Assembly: GCA_047602425.1 (NCBI GenBank)
Contig: JASGHG010000001.1
Span: forward strand, 864,001 to 928,000
Direction of reading: 5' to 3'
DNA: 64,000 nt
Origin: Nibricoccus sp.
GTDB lineage: Bacteria > Verrucomicrobiota > Verrucomicrobiia > Opitutales > Opitutaceae
The translations under genes and the position numbers were made by a program. Below, piece by piece: positions 20,500-31,549 of the stretch. How positions within the stretch are numbered: the first letter of the stretch is position 1; each line of letters opens with the position of its first letter. The notes under the pieces are model-generated. The model saw only the letters and a list, made by a program, of their open reading frames with translations, was not told the origin of the DNA and did not search any database.

Positions 20500-21369
20500 T
20501 CAAGCCCGCAGCACAAATGAGCGGAGTGCCGCGGCAACTTGTTCCGGCTGTTCGGAAGGAGCAAAATGTCCACAATTCGCCAAGAGGGCTCCTTCCACCT
20601 CTGCGCAGCCAGCGCGGCGCAGACCGTCGATATAGTCTTCAATGGCACCGTGCTCATGGTCACCACGAAGGTAAAGGACCGGCGTTTGCACGGGGCGGCT
20701 ATGATCGGCCCGGTTATCCCTCTCGTCCTGATCAAAGGCCCGGTACCAGTCGAAGCCGGTCTGCAACGCGCCGGGTCGCGCATATGCCGCGGCATAACGC
20801 GCGCGCTCTTTCTCCGAAACTCCGCGCGGGCCGCCAAGGGTATTGAAAAAGAAGGCGAAATATTTCGGAATATTACCGGTAACGAGTGTTTCTGGCAACT
20901 TGGGCACCGCATGAAAAGCGAAATGCCACAGGTGCGGGTTGCCAATGACTTTGTCCCAGGGAGATAGACCGGGGATCACGATGTTCATCAGCACGGCGCG
21001 GGCGAAGATTTCCGGACAGCGACGGAGGCAGGCGTAAACGATTTGTCCGCCGATGTCGTGACCCACGAGAGTCACCGCGCGGAGCCCTAGAGAGCGGATC
21101 AACGTGGCCACCCGGGCGGCGAGCCAGCGTTTTTCACCGGATTGCGGAACGGTTTCCGAACCACCGATCCCGGGAAGATCGATCGCAACCACGTGTGTTT
21201 CGGCAGAGAGGATTCCCATGAGCGATTCATAGAGAGACCAATCCTCCGGCCAGCCATGGAGCAGCAAAAAGTCCGCTCCGTTGCTCTCCCCTGCCTCGAC
21301 CACGCGAATGACAAGGCCATCCACTTCAATCTGCCTGTGCCGCAAATTTGTTTTCGTTTGTAACGACAT
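20500..21369 (-). CDS. Alpha/beta hydrolase (epoxide hydrolase-like)
   Basis: 'LLHGWPE', 'GHDIGG', 'CGHFAPSEQP'. Confidence 0.88.
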   Translation of the reverse strand: MSLQTKTNLRHRQIEVDGLVIRVVEAGESNGADFLLLHGWPEDWSLYESLMGILSAETHVVAIDLPGIGGSETVPQSGEKRWLAARVATLIRSLGLRAVTLVGHDIGGQIVYACLRRCPEIFARAVLMNIVIPGLSPWDKVIGNPHLWHFAFHAVPKLPETLVTGNIPKYFAFFFNTLGGPRGVSEKERARYAAAYARPGALQTGFDWYRAFDQDERDNRADHSRPVQTPVLYLRGDHEHGAIEDYIDGLRRAGCAEVEGALLANCGHFAPSEQPEQVAAALRSFVLRA

Positions 21370-21644
21370 AAATTCCTTTCCGCGCCACATCCCCATAGAC
21401 CGCTTCTACGCGAGTTTGTTGGAAACAAAAAAACAGAAGATACACCGACCTGCATTTAACAAGATCTGCGGTGATATTCATACCAATTGGTTCGGTTAGG
21501 ATGGACTCCTTCTTCGTTTTCCGGAAATTCAACGACGGTATTATCTCCAAGGAATAAGCCCCACGTTGGGCCGCGCGGCTTCTCGACTGCAGGACCGGGC
21601 GTGCGCCCCATGGTCAGAATCTCGATGCTCGACCATGCTGAGGC

Positions 21645-22670
21645 ATGGAATATCTATCGCTATCAAATACTGGAATTACGCGCCGCGAGGCGATTCGAGT
21701 CGGAGCGGCGACGGCGGCTGTGGCACTGGCGGCAAGTCCGATCGCGCTGGGACAAACAAAACAAGGCAAAGAGGCGGTCGCCACGGCCGCGCCCCTGATC
21801 GATCCAAAAGACAAATATCCCAAACCACCATTTAAGGAACAATCCCAGCCCTGGCCCGGACTCGCGGGCAAGATGGAGCCGAGGCCCGATCATGGGGAAA
21901 AAAGTTATCGCGGCTCGGGAAGATTGGCCGGGCGAAAAGCGCTGATCACGGGCGGCGATTCCGGCATCGGCCGGACCGCCGCCATCGCGTTCGCGCGTGA
22001 AGGTGCGGACGTGGCGATCAATTATTTCCCCACGGAAGAACCCGATGCGCGCGAGGTCATCGAACTGATCAAAGCCGAAGGCCGCAACGGCGTCGCCATT
22101 CCGGGAGATTTGCGCGACGAATCCTTTTGCCAGCAACTCGTGAAAACGGCGCTGCAAAAGCTCGGCGGCGTGGACATCGTGGTCTGCAATGCGGCGCGCC
22201 AACAAGTGCGCGAGTCGATTCTCGATGTCACCACGGAGGACTTCGATGCCACGATGAAAACCAACATCTATGCTCCATTCTGGATCATCAAGGCCGCCGT
22301 TCCGCAGCTCAATCCAGGCTCCGTCATCATCGGCACCGCCTCGGAGCAGGCTTACGACCCGTCTGCCAATCTCTACGACTACGCGCAAACGAAAGCAGCC
22401 ACGGTCAACTACGTGAAATCGCTTGCGAAGCAGCTTGCGCCAAAAGGCATTCGCGTGAACGCCGTCGCGCCCGGTCCGTTTTGGACGCCCTTGCAAATCA
22501 GCGGCGGGGCCACGATGGAAAAAGTGAAGGCCTTCGGCGAGGATAGTCCGATGAAACGCCCCGGCCAACCCGCGGAACTGGCGTCGATCTACGTTCAACT
22601 CGCAGCCAACGACGGGACATACACGACGGGCAACGTCTACGGCGCCGGTGGAGGCAAGGGGCAACCGTAG
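21645..22670 (+). CDS. SDR oxidoreductase (YghA-like) with a Tat-like leader
   Basis: 'TGGDSGIG', YxxxK (YAQTK), N-terminal 'TRREAI'. Confidence 0.9.
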   Translation: MEYLSLSNTGITRREAIRVGAATAAVALAASPIALGQTKQGKEAVATAAPLIDPKDKYPKPPFKEQSQPWPGLAGKMEPRPDHGEKSYRGSGRLAGRKALITGGDSGIGRTAAIAFAREGADVAINYFPTEEPDAREVIELIKAEGRNGVAIPGDLRDESFCQQLVKTALQKLGGVDIVVCNAARQQVRESILDVTTEDFDATMKTNIYAPFWIIKAAVPQLNPGSVIIGTASEQAYDPSANLYDYAQTKAATVNYVKSLAKQLAPKGIRVNAVAPGPFWTPLQISGGATMEKVKAFGEDSPMKRPGQPAELASIYVQLAANDGTYTTGNVYGAGGGKGQP

Positions 22671-23013
22671 CAGACGACTAATCGCCGAGAGACAAACAAC
22701 GAGCATCAAGGGACAAAGGCCGGCGGCCGACGGCTTCTCGTAGTTTTGTCTCTGGCAGGTAGATTGTACATCCCGACCCGCTGGTCTGGAAGTCGCGCAC
22801 CGGTTCGTTTGCGACATCGCTCCGCGCGCCGGGGATATCGCGCGCCACCTGCTGAGTCGCGCCGTTGGCCCTCTCTTGAAATACCGCAAGAATCCGTCTT
22901 GGGGCTTGTCGGTGGATCGTTGGTGTGGACAGCTCTCCGAGCTGTCCACAATCGTCGCAGATTTTTTCCTGTCCCGACGATGGCCATGAGATTCCGCGAA
23001 GCGCGGAACCAGT

Positions 23014-23655
23014 TCAGGAGGGCGTTTGCATCGTGCGGATGAAGGCGTCGGCTTCGCGGATCGAGTTTTCCATTTCGGAAATCAGGCGCGAGATGTCGGC
23101 TTCCAAGCCTTTGGCCGTCGTGCTCAGGCCGGCGATGGCTTGCGCATTGAGATTGTGTTTTAGGAAGAGCACTTGATCCCGGAATTTCACGAGAATCGGG
23201 TCCATGCTTTTGGCGGCGGCCTTCATCGTGCGCAACAAGCCCAGATAACGCTCGCGAGTCTGGTCGTACTGGCGCTCGCTTTGCACGCGCAGATTTTGAT
23301 CTGAATATTGTTTCAATTCGCTGCGCCATTCCTTGAAGAGGGCATCGGCGACGTCCTCAACTTTGGCAATGCGATCATTGACCGCCTGGGCGCGCGCTTC
23401 ACTGCGCTTGAATTCGGAATCGAGTTTCTCGTAGCGCGTTTTCAGGTCGCCAGTCTTCACCTGCGTGATGGCGAGGAACTGCTGCAGGGCATCCGAGAAT
23501 TGTTCCTTGGCTTGCGCCTGTGCCTTGCGGGCGTCGCCGACTCGGTCCACGAGGATTTCGCGCTTGGCAAAGCCGATCTTTTCCATCGCGCCATAGTAGG
23601 CTCCAGAGCAACCCGCCAGAACCAAAGCCAAACCGAACATGGAGAGAGTTCTCAT
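23014..23655 (-). CDS. DUF2959 family lipoprotein
   Basis: Lipobox LAGC; 'FRDQVLFLKHNLNAQAI'. Confidence 0.88.
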   Translation of the reverse strand: MRTLSMFGLALVLAGCSGAYYGAMEKIGFAKREILVDRVGDARKAQAQAKEQFSDALQQFLAITQVKTGDLKTRYEKLDSEFKRSEARAQAVNDRIAKVEDVADALFKEWRSELKQYSDQNLRVQSERQYDQTRERYLGLLRTMKAAAKSMDPILVKFRDQVLFLKHNLNAQAIAGLSTTAKGLEADISRLISEMENSIREADAFIRTMQTPS

Positions 23656-23826
23656 TTTAGGATCACCCGGATCGCTGAATGCGAGTGGGATTAATCAGTG
23701 AATTCGCGGGTGAGCTTTTCGCAAGCAGCGAGGGCTCGGCGTGGCCTGGATTCAGAAACTTCCAAAAACCGCGAGAAACGAACTAACGCGTTGAGTCAAC
23801 GTGCCCACCGCAAATCCTGTCGTCGA

Positions 23827-24504
23827 TCAGCCTTCGCCGAGGGCGGCTTTCAATTTGGCGAGTTCGGCGCGAAGGGAAACAACTTCGGCTTCGAGGGCTG
23901 CGAAACGCTTCTCGGCTTCAGGTGGGAGCGTGAGCGATACCATCAGCGGCGCGGGTTCGTTGGCGGTGGAAACTGGATTGTTACCCGTAAGGCGTTGGGC
24001 CCAGCGGGCCTCTTTTTGGCCGGGTTGACGCGGAAGTTTTTGCACCAAGCCGCCGGCCGGGCGCGCGGCGAGGTCGGTGAGGAGGGTTTCGATTTCGGCG
24101 AGATCGACCGGAAGCGGACAGAGGCGTTCGGCGTTGCCGCGAAGGGAGGCAGTGGTTTGCGGACCGCGAAGGAGAAGTTCGGCGAGCAGCGCGACGGCGG
24201 CGCGTTCGAGCGGAAGAACGAGGTCGAGCGTATGTTTATGTTTCGGCACGCGAGCTTCGGCGCCGGCAAAAACACTGGCGAGGCGGCGATTACGCAGTCC
24301 TTCGAGGGCGGCCTCGACTTCGGTCGCGCCGACGTTGAGGACGGGATCGCGATTGCTCTTCTGATTGCAGGCAGCGACAAGGGAGTTGAGTGTCAGCGGG
24401 TAATATTCGGGCGTGGCCATTTCCTTCTCGATCAGGCAGCCGAGCACACGGGCTTCAAAGGCCGTCAACGGAGACTCAAGTGGAAGAGGCGTCGTTGTTT
24501 CCAT
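23827..24504 (-). CDS. yceH: YceH/DUF480 family protein
   Basis: 'EARVLGCLIEKEMATPEYYPLTLNSL...CNQKSNRDPV'. Confidence 0.9.
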   Translation of the reverse strand: METTTPLPLESPLTAFEARVLGCLIEKEMATPEYYPLTLNSLVAACNQKSNRDPVLNVGATEVEAALEGLRNRRLASVFAGAEARVPKHKHTLDLVLPLERAAVALLAELLLRGPQTTASLRGNAERLCPLPVDLAEIETLLTDLAARPAGGLVQKLPRQPGQKEARWAQRLTGNNPVSTANEPAPLMVSLTLPPEAEKRFAALEAEVVSLRAELAKLKAALGEG

Positions 24505-24617
24505 ATTGTTGAATGAGACGCGTTAAAATTCCTGGCGCAAGGTCGAAGACGGTCCTGGAACACAGCAATAATTGTTAAAGAAGTGGGCAGAAACCCCGAT
24601 AAACTATTTACAACTCC

Positions 24618-25124
24618 ATGGTTCCCGCCGCCCCGATTGCCGACGAGCTCATCCACAAGTCGATCGTTCATGCTGTGCAGAACGTTTGTTCCACCATGCT
24701 CAAGCAGGAGGCCGGCTTTCTGGAAAAAACGCTCGAGCCCGATAACTCCAAGTTTGCGAATACCGCCCATGTCTTCGGCTGCGTGGGGTTTGTCGGCAAG
24801 ATCGACGGCGTCGTGTACCTGTGTTTTTCCGACGATTTCGCCAAGCATGCCGCCTCAAATATTTTGGGCCTCACGCCGCTTGAAATTCTGGCTGAAGGTG
24901 ACGCAGTCACCAAAGACGTGGTGGGCGAGATCACCAATATGACCGCGGGTTGTTTCAAAAACGTCCTTTGCGATCAGGGCTACCCCTGCAAGCTTACGCT
25001 GCCGACGATCGTGCGAGGTGAAAATCTTTGTGTCGCCGCCATGAAAGGCTGCACGCGGCATATTTTCCATTTCGATACCAAAGGCCACCGCCTGATCGCC
25101 GATATTCAGATCAAACAGGGTTAA
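24618..25124 (+). CDS. cheX: Chemotaxis phosphatase CheX family
   Basis: 'DVVGEITNMTAG' (ExxN), 'LPTIVRG'. Confidence 0.85.
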   Translation: MVPAAPIADELIHKSIVHAVQNVCSTMLKQEAGFLEKTLEPDNSKFANTAHVFGCVGFVGKIDGVVYLCFSDDFAKHAASNILGLTPLEILAEGDAVTKDVVGEITNMTAGCFKNVLCDQGYPCKLTLPTIVRGENLCVAAMKGCTRHIFHFDTKGHRLIADIQIKQG

Positions 25125-25178
25125 GGGCTGCGTCTGCGGGTTCGACTTCCGGCAAGGGGCGTTCAACGTGTCCGCATC

Positions 25179-26318
25179 ATGACGCGTGTCCTCCGCCTGG
25201 CTGCTAGTGCAATTCTCTGGTTCGTTACCGGCTCGTTTCTTCAAGCCGTGGAGAGTTTCGTGTACTTCGGCACGACCAACGAAAGAAACACCAGTGAAGG
25301 CATCTATGTCGCCCGCTTCGATTCCGACTCGGGCAAACTTAGCCCGGCCACGCTCGCGGCGAAGATCGACAGCCCGGCGTTCATCAATTTTCACCCGAAC
25401 AAACTCGTACTCTACTCCGTCGGCGAAACAAAAACCGCCAGCGGCAAAACCCAAGGCCATGTCTCCGCATTCGCTACGGACCGCTCGACGGGCGCGCTTA
25501 CGCTGCTCAACCGCCAGCCAGGCGGCGGAGACGCCCTCTGCTACGTGCTGGTCGATGCCGCCGGCCATGTCGCACTCACAGCGGCCTATCGTGATGGGTT
25601 CGTGGCTGCTCATCCCCTGAGGGAAGATGGTTCGCTCGGCGAATATTCGTCCCTTATCCGTCACACCGGTTCCAGTGTGGGGCCGCGCCAGAAATCTCCG
25701 CATGCGCACAACATCGACCTCGATCCCGCCAATCGCTTCGCGCTCGTGGCCGATCTTGGGACCGATCAGGTTGTCACCTATCGACTCGATCCCGCGGCGG
25801 GAACTCTTTCGCCGCAATCTCAACCTTTTCGCACCAAGCTCGGCGCCGGACCGCGCCACATCGCCTTCGGTCCATCAGGTCGTCACGTTTATATCCTTAA
25901 CGAAATCGACAACACGCTGATCGCGGCCGATTACGATTCCACAACCGGTCACCTGAAGGAAAAGCAAATAGTACCGCTTTTACCCTCCGATTTCAAAGAC
26001 CAGAGCACCGCCGCCGAAGTCGTAGTCCATCCGTCCGGCAAATTTCTCTACGCGTCGAACCGGGGCTTCGACAGCCTTGCGCTCTTTTCGATCGAACCGA
26101 CCACAGGAAAACTCACTTTCGTCGAATACGTGCGTGAAGGAGTCAATCACCCGCGCCACTTCGCCATCGACCCTTCAGGCCATTGGTTGCTCTGCGCCAA
26201 TCGCGACGCCAACACGGTAACCGTTTATCGCATCGCACTCGATTCCGGCCGCCTCAGCCCAACCGGGTCTGCGATTCGGATTCCAATGCCGACCTGCGTA
26301 AAATTTCGTACACCGTAA
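25179..26318 (+). CDS. pgl: Lactonase, 7-bladed beta-propeller (6-phosphogluconolactonase-like)
   Basis: 'PHAH', 'DLGTD', 'GAGPRH', 'YASNRG', 'HPRHF'. Confidence 0.88.
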   Translation: MTRVLRLAASAILWFVTGSFLQAVESFVYFGTTNERNTSEGIYVARFDSDSGKLSPATLAAKIDSPAFINFHPNKLVLYSVGETKTASGKTQGHVSAFATDRSTGALTLLNRQPGGGDALCYVLVDAAGHVALTAAYRDGFVAAHPLREDGSLGEYSSLIRHTGSSVGPRQKSPHAHNIDLDPANRFALVADLGTDQVVTYRLDPAAGTLSPQSQPFRTKLGAGPRHIAFGPSGRHVYILNEIDNTLIAADYDSTTGHLKEKQIVPLLPSDFKDQSTAAEVVVHPSGKFLYASNRGFDSLALFSIEPTTGKLTFVEYVREGVNHPRHFAIDPSGHWLLCANRDANTVTVYRIALDSGRLSPTGSAIRIPMPTCVKFRTP

Positions 26319-26401
26319 ATCGAGGTCGGACAAGGCCACGTATTCCATTGCCATGAGGCAGGAAACTGGTTTTTGCTGCCCGTCTATTTCCAAATAAATC
26401 C

Positions 26402-27856
26402 ATGACCTATTCCGGCGAACCAAGGGACCCCGCACACGGCAACAATGAATTCGTATCCGACGATGCGATTGATCTGCGCGATCTTTTCGCACGCCTCTGG
26501 CGCGGAATGCCGCAGATCCTCGGCCTCGCGCTGCTCGGCCTGGCTTTTGCCGGCTTCGGTTATATGATTTTCAGCCCGTTCCAATCGGTATCGACCAGCA
26601 CCCGCGTAGTCTTCGCCTTTGCCGGTTTCGAAAAGAATCAATATCCCGACGGATCCAAATTCCAAGCCGACGACATTCGTGCTCCTGACGTTGTGCTGGA
26701 AGCGCTCAAACGCCGCAATCTGGATACTTCCAGTAACTTCCAATCGCAGATTCGCGCCGCTCTCTCGATTGAGGGAATTATTCCGCCGTACATCATCAAG
26801 GATCGTGACCGTCTCCGCGCCGCCGGTCAGACGCCAGCGGTCTATGTGCCCGACGAATATACCGTAAAGCTGACCCTTCCGCGCAAATTCCCCCTCGATA
26901 AAGTACAACGCCAGCAACTGCTCAACGAAATCGTCTCGGTGTACCGCGAAAACTTCCGCCGCACTTATGCCGATACGCCGCTTTCACTCGGCAACGCCCT
27001 GACCGTGCTGAAAAACGCCGACTATCCGGATTACGAAGCCGTTTTCGACCGCGAGATGCGCAGCATCATGAGCTATCTTACCGAGAAGTCCGATACCGCT
27101 AAACTCTTTCGCTCCCCCACCACGAATTTGACCTTCAGCGATCTACTCAAACAAGCCCAGCTCTTCAGCCAGATTTACCTCTACGAAGTTTTGGGGCTCA
27201 TTCGCGAAAACGGTCTCGCGCACAATCGTAAGATCGCGCTGGTAAAGATGTACGATGCCTTACGCCAGCTGAACGATGAAGAGCGCCGCGCCCTCAATGC
27301 CGAGAGCGTGGTCACGGGCTTGCTCAAGCAAGCGGGAGAACGTGAGCAAAACTACGTCCTCGGCATCAAAGGCCAGGCCACCCAGCCGCGCACAAGCACC
27401 CCGGTTGTCGATCAAAGCGTGATCGATTCCCTGCTCGCCAACGATTCCTATTCCTTCCTCGTCAAGCAGGCTCTGCAAGCAGGTCTCAAAGTGAAACAAG
27501 TGCAGGACGAAAAAGCCTGGCAACTCGATCAAATCGAAAACATGAAGGCCGTCGAAAAAGCCGCGGCCAGCGACCAGGCCGCCGTCATCGCACAAGTGGC
27601 AAAATCGATGTCGAGACTGGAAATCGCCTACAACGATCTCATCGATAGCATCAGAAAGACCCATAATGATTATTCACGTCAGACTTTTGGCGATGCCGTC
27701 CGTCTTTCGGATCAGATTAACAACGAAAGCACGATCCGTCCCATCGTGATGCCCGCCGCCGTTGGCGGTTTTCTCGGGTTCGCCCTTGGCGCAGGTCTCA
27801 GCCTGCTTGGTATCTATATCGGCCGTAAAGTTCAGCCAGTCGCAACCGCGGCCTAA
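26402..27856 (+). CDS. Wzz-like polysaccharide chain-length/co-polymerase protein
   Basis: 'DAIDLRDLFARLW', N- and C-terminal TM helices around a helical periplasmic region. Confidence 0.6.
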   Translation: MTYSGEPRDPAHGNNEFVSDDAIDLRDLFARLWRGMPQILGLALLGLAFAGFGYMIFSPFQSVSTSTRVVFAFAGFEKNQYPDGSKFQADDIRAPDVVLEALKRRNLDTSSNFQSQIRAALSIEGIIPPYIIKDRDRLRAAGQTPAVYVPDEYTVKLTLPRKFPLDKVQRQQLLNEIVSVYRENFRRTYADTPLSLGNALTVLKNADYPDYEAVFDREMRSIMSYLTEKSDTAKLFRSPTTNLTFSDLLKQAQLFSQIYLYEVLGLIRENGLAHNRKIALVKMYDALRQLNDEERRALNAESVVTGLLKQAGEREQNYVLGIKGQATQPRTSTPVVDQSVIDSLLANDSYSFLVKQALQAGLKVKQVQDEKAWQLDQIENMKAVEKAAASDQAAVIAQVAKSMSRLEIAYNDLIDSIRKTHNDYSRQTFGDAVRLSDQINNESTIRPIVMPAAVGGFLGFALGAGLSLLGIYIGRKVQPVATAA

Positions 27857-27875
27857 GCGTTTCAAAAATATTCAT

Positions 27876-28685
27876 TCAAGGGCCAGCTTTTGTCGCTGGC
27901 CCTTTTTGCTGCGCTTTCAACAGCTGGCGTTCCAACCGGTCGGCCTTCTGGGCGTAAAACCACGAGTTCTTGATCAGTCCGCGATTGCCCACGATCGAAA
28001 ACGCCGCCGACATCAACAGCATGAACGCCGCCGCCCGAACCACTTCCCGCCAACTACTAAAAAGGCGCAAAGCAAAATAAATCGCGAGCAGGATGATCCA
28101 CAGCATCATCGTCAAATAACCAGTCGAAAGAAGGCAGCGTTTGAGGTTTCGCTCGTTCATGCCTTCCGGAATCATCGGACGCGGCAGTTTCACCCGGGCA
28201 GAGGGATCGGATGCGCCTTCCTTCATGATGAACTTCCAGCCCTTTTCCAGCGGCACGATTTCCGCGATATTGTGGAGGTCGTGGAAACTATCCTTGTCGA
28301 AGCGGCAAAGCTCCTCTTCGCGCCGATTGATCATGCGGAAATTGGTGATGGTGAATTCGCCCGCGCCATCCTTGTACGGATCGAGTCGCAAATCCACCAG
28401 CGGCGCATCCTGCAAGGGGAACGTGTAGGTGAACGCCATGTCGCTTGGGCCAATCGGAATACGGATCAAGTCGAGTTCGTTAAAGCGGCGGCCAAAATTC
28501 AAATAGATCTGAGTCTCGCCGTCGCGGTTCGCTGCACAGGTGATTTCGAGGTATTGCAGGCCGCTCGATGGATTGTTCAGCGGATAATACTCCAATGGAA
28601 TCGTCTGCGGCACGAACCAAGCACCAGCAGCAACAACAAGCACCAACAGGGCGCGCCACCAGGAGGGTTGGAAGGGATCGGGCAT
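27876..28685 (-). CDS. Hypothetical membrane protein
   Basis: N-terminal TM, beta-rich 'LRLDP' domain, two C-terminal TMs. Confidence 0.65.
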   Translation of the reverse strand: MPDPFQPSWWRALLVLVVAAGAWFVPQTIPLEYYPLNNPSSGLQYLEITCAANRDGETQIYLNFGRRFNELDLIRIPIGPSDMAFTYTFPLQDAPLVDLRLDPYKDGAGEFTITNFRMINRREEELCRFDKDSFHDLHNIAEIVPLEKGWKFIMKEGASDPSARVKLPRPMIPEGMNERNLKRCLLSTGYLTMMLWIILLAIYFALRLFSSWREVVRAAAFMLLMSAAFSIVGNRGLIKNSWFYAQKADRLERQLLKAQQKGPATKAGP

Positions 28686-28756
28686 GGGAATGCGTCGGAC
28701 TTATGTCGACGTGCAGTTCAGGCGCAAATCTTTACGTCAAAACACCCCAACCGGAA

Positions 28757-29695
28757 TCAATGCCCCGCCAACGGCCGCTCTGGTTTGATGACGTAACCTG
28801 CGCCATCCATTTCAACCACAACCGTTCCGCAGAGACCGTTGACATACGCAGGGATCTTGCGCCCCGCACACCATTCGCGCGCACGCTTGCTACGCAACGC
28901 AAACCAAAGATCCCGCGGGGAAGGGATCAGCACGTCCTTCGGATTGACCTTCTCAAAAAACTCGTTGGGCGCCAACCCCTCCGTGCCGTGATGTGGCATT
29001 TTGAGCAAATCGGCCTTCAGATCGAAACCGCTCGTCGCCAGCCATGCTCCTAACTTCTGGTTGAGGTCGCCGGTAAACAATACCCGCGTCGAGCCATGTG
29101 TCAGCCGGAGGATGATACTTGTATCATTGATGTCGGTTTTGCCCACCGGAGTATCAATGCCATCATAAAGGCAGACAGCCTCGAGTGTCGTGGTCAGTCC
29201 GCCTCGTTTAACCTCAACCAATCGTTCGCCGATTCGAGGGATAAAATACGGAATGCGCCGATCGGACAGAAAACGGAGCAAATTTTGGACGTCTTCCCAG
29301 TTACAGCCCCAAGGTTTTTCAACGTCGGCCAATTCGCGAGATCCCGGAAGATTAAGCGCCACCCGGTCCACCTTCACACCACCATCGATGATGTCGCGCA
29401 ACTTGCCATAGTGATCCCAGTGCAAATGCGACAGCACAACCAAGCTGATCCGGTCGATTTTTCGCGCTTTCAACAAACTCAATGCGGCGCCTTTGGAGTC
29501 CCAACCTTCGGCCACGTCGATCAACACTCGTTGTCCGTCGGGCAACTCCAATAAATGGCAATCGGCCTGCCCCTGCGCGCCCTGAACGTTGAGCATCGTC
29601 CAGCGGGCATGCGAAGGCTTCCGGCAGGCCGTGACGCACAGCGTCAAAGCCAACACGACAAACATCAAAGTGCAGCGAAAAGACCGGACTAACAT
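28757..29695 (-). CDS. ComEC/Rec2-type metallo-beta-lactamase-fold hydrolase
   Basis: 'GQAD', 'SHLHWDHYG', 'LFTGD', 'HHG'; start approximate. Confidence 0.8.
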   Translation of the reverse strand: MLVRSFRCTLMFVVLALTLCVTACRKPSHARWTMLNVQGAQGQADCHLLELPDGQRVLIDVAEGWDSKGAALSLLKARKIDRISLVVLSHLHWDHYGKLRDIIDGGVKVDRVALNLPGSRELADVEKPWGCNWEDVQNLLRFLSDRRIPYFIPRIGERLVEVKRGGLTTTLEAVCLYDGIDTPVGKTDINDTSIILRLTHGSTRVLFTGDLNQKLGAWLATSGFDLKADLLKMPHHGTEGLAPNEFFEKVNPKDVLIPSPRDLWFALRSKRAREWCAGRKIPAYVNGLCGTVVVEMDGAGYVIKPERPLAGH

Positions 29696-29835
29696 CAAAC
29701 AGGGGTAGGAAGCTAGGGAGGAAGTTGGAGCCCCTAGAGAACACAGATTCCGCGCCTTTCCAATCCCTTTGCTCAAAAACGTTGAAAAAACCGCCAAATC
29801 GCACGGCTATGAAGGTGTCGAAACATCCCAAGCCC

Positions 29836-30819
29836 ATGCTGATAACCCGCTCCCCTCTTCGCATTTCCCTCGGTGGCGGCGGCACAGACCTGCCGTCCTA
29901 CTACCGCGAATACGGCGGCTTCCTCGTGGCGGCGGCGATCGACAAGTACGTCTATATTATCCTCAACCAACGTTTCACCGACAAATTTCTCCTGAAATAT
30001 TCGCGGTTGGAGGAAGCCTCGTCCGTTCAGGAAATCCAACATCCCATTATTCGCGAATCGCTTCTGGCCGTCGATCTGCAGCGCCCAAATCTGGAAATCA
30101 CCTCGATGGCCGACATACCGGCCGGCACCGGACTCGGTTCCTCAGGTAGTTTCACGACTGCACTGCTCAAGGCGCTTCATACCCAGAAAAAAAATATCGT
30201 CCATCCCGCGCAACTTGCCGAACAAGCCTGCCACATCGAAATCGACCGTCTCGGTGAACCCATCGGCAAACAGGATCAATATATCGCCGCAATCGGAGGC
30301 ATAACCGCCTTCACCTTTCATCCGGACGGTCGCGTGGACTATCGTCCATGCAAAATCTCCGAGGAAACTCTGTTCAACCTCGAGGATAACCTGCTGCTTT
30401 TTTTCACCGGTTATTCTCGAAGTGCCTCATCCATTCTCAAGGACCAAAAAGTTCGCAGCGAGCGGAACGACCAGGCCATGCTCGACAATCTGCATTTCAC
30501 CAAAGATCTCGGCTACAAATCCCTCGCCGCGCTCGAATCCGACAATCTGGAGGAATTTGCGCGCCTGATGGACGTCCATTGGCAGCGCAAGAAGGCGCGT
30601 TCCAACGGCATGAGCAACGACCAGATCAACCAATGGTACGACTTCGCCATGGCCAATGGCGCGCTCGGCGGCAAACTCATCGGCGCCGGCGGCGGCGGCT
30701 TCCTGATGTTCTACGCCGGCGATAAAAAGCGCCTGCGTCACGCGATGCGTGAAAAGGGCCTGCAGGAAGTTCGTTTTCGCTTCGATTTCGAAGGCTGCAA
30801 AGTCGAAGCGCAGAACTAA
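29836..30819 (+). CDS. hddA: GHMP kinase, D-glycero-D-manno-heptose-7-phosphate 1-kinase-like
   Basis: 'PLRISLGGGGTD', 'PAGTGLGSSG', 'GKQDQY', 'GAGGGG'. Confidence 0.85.
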   Translation: MLITRSPLRISLGGGGTDLPSYYREYGGFLVAAAIDKYVYIILNQRFTDKFLLKYSRLEEASSVQEIQHPIIRESLLAVDLQRPNLEITSMADIPAGTGLGSSGSFTTALLKALHTQKKNIVHPAQLAEQACHIEIDRLGEPIGKQDQYIAAIGGITAFTFHPDGRVDYRPCKISEETLFNLEDNLLLFFTGYSRSASSILKDQKVRSERNDQAMLDNLHFTKDLGYKSLAALESDNLEEFARLMDVHWQRKKARSNGMSNDQINQWYDFAMANGALGGKLIGAGGGGFLMFYAGDKKRLRHAMREKGLQEVRFRFDFEGCKVEAQN

Positions 30820-30821
30820 GC

Positions 30822-31529
30822 GTGAAGGCGAACCAACTACCTGTGGCAATCCTGGCGGGCGGCCTCGCCACCCGGCTCCGTCCGATTACGGAAAAAATCC
30901 CCAAGCTGCTCGTCGAGGTCGCAGGGGAACCTTTCTTCTCCCACCAAATCCGACTGCTTAAAAACGCCGGCCTCACCCATTTGGTGCTTTGCATCGGTTA
31001 CTTAGGCGAACGCATTGTCGAACAGTATGGCGACGGTTCGAAGTGGGGAATCAAGATCGAATACTCCTTCGACGGCCCAACTCTCCTCGGCACGGGCGGC
31101 GCGCTGATCAAGGCACTGCCTTTGCTCGGAAAGGCTTTCTACGTGCTTTATGGCGACAGCTACCTGCCTATTGATTATTACTCCGCAGGCCAGGCCTTTC
31201 GCAGCTCCGGCAAGAACGGTCTCATGACCGTTTTCGAAAACCACGGACGCTATGATACGAGCAACGTCTGGTTTGAAAACGGCGCAATAAAACTCTACGA
31301 CAAGAAAAACAAAGTGCCTCAAATGCACTATATCGATTATGGCTTGGGGCTGCTGCGAGCTGCGGCGCTCTCAACCTATCCTCGCGACGCGGTCGTGGAC
31401 CTTGCCGACGTTTACCGCGATCTTGTTTCCAACAACCAACTCGCTGGCTACGAAGTCAAAAACCGTTTCTACGAAATCGGTTCCCACGCAGGCCTCAACG
31501 AACTCGACGCTCTCCTGCGTAAACAATAA
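30822..31529 (+). CDS. hddC: Sugar-1-phosphate nucleotidyltransferase (HddC-like)
   Basis: 'LAGGLATRL...PK', 'LGTGGAL', 'YGDSY'; adjacent to hddA and gmhA. Confidence 0.8.
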   Translation: MKANQLPVAILAGGLATRLRPITEKIPKLLVEVAGEPFFSHQIRLLKNAGLTHLVLCIGYLGERIVEQYGDGSKWGIKIEYSFDGPTLLGTGGALIKALPLLGKAFYVLYGDSYLPIDYYSAGQAFRSSGKNGLMTVFENHGRYDTSNVWFENGAIKLYDKKNKVPQMHYIDYGLGLLRAAALSTYPRDAVVDLADVYRDLVSNNQLAGYEVKNRFYEIGSHAGLNELDALLRKQ

Positions 31530-31549
31530 GTTCAGCATCACTCTCTGCC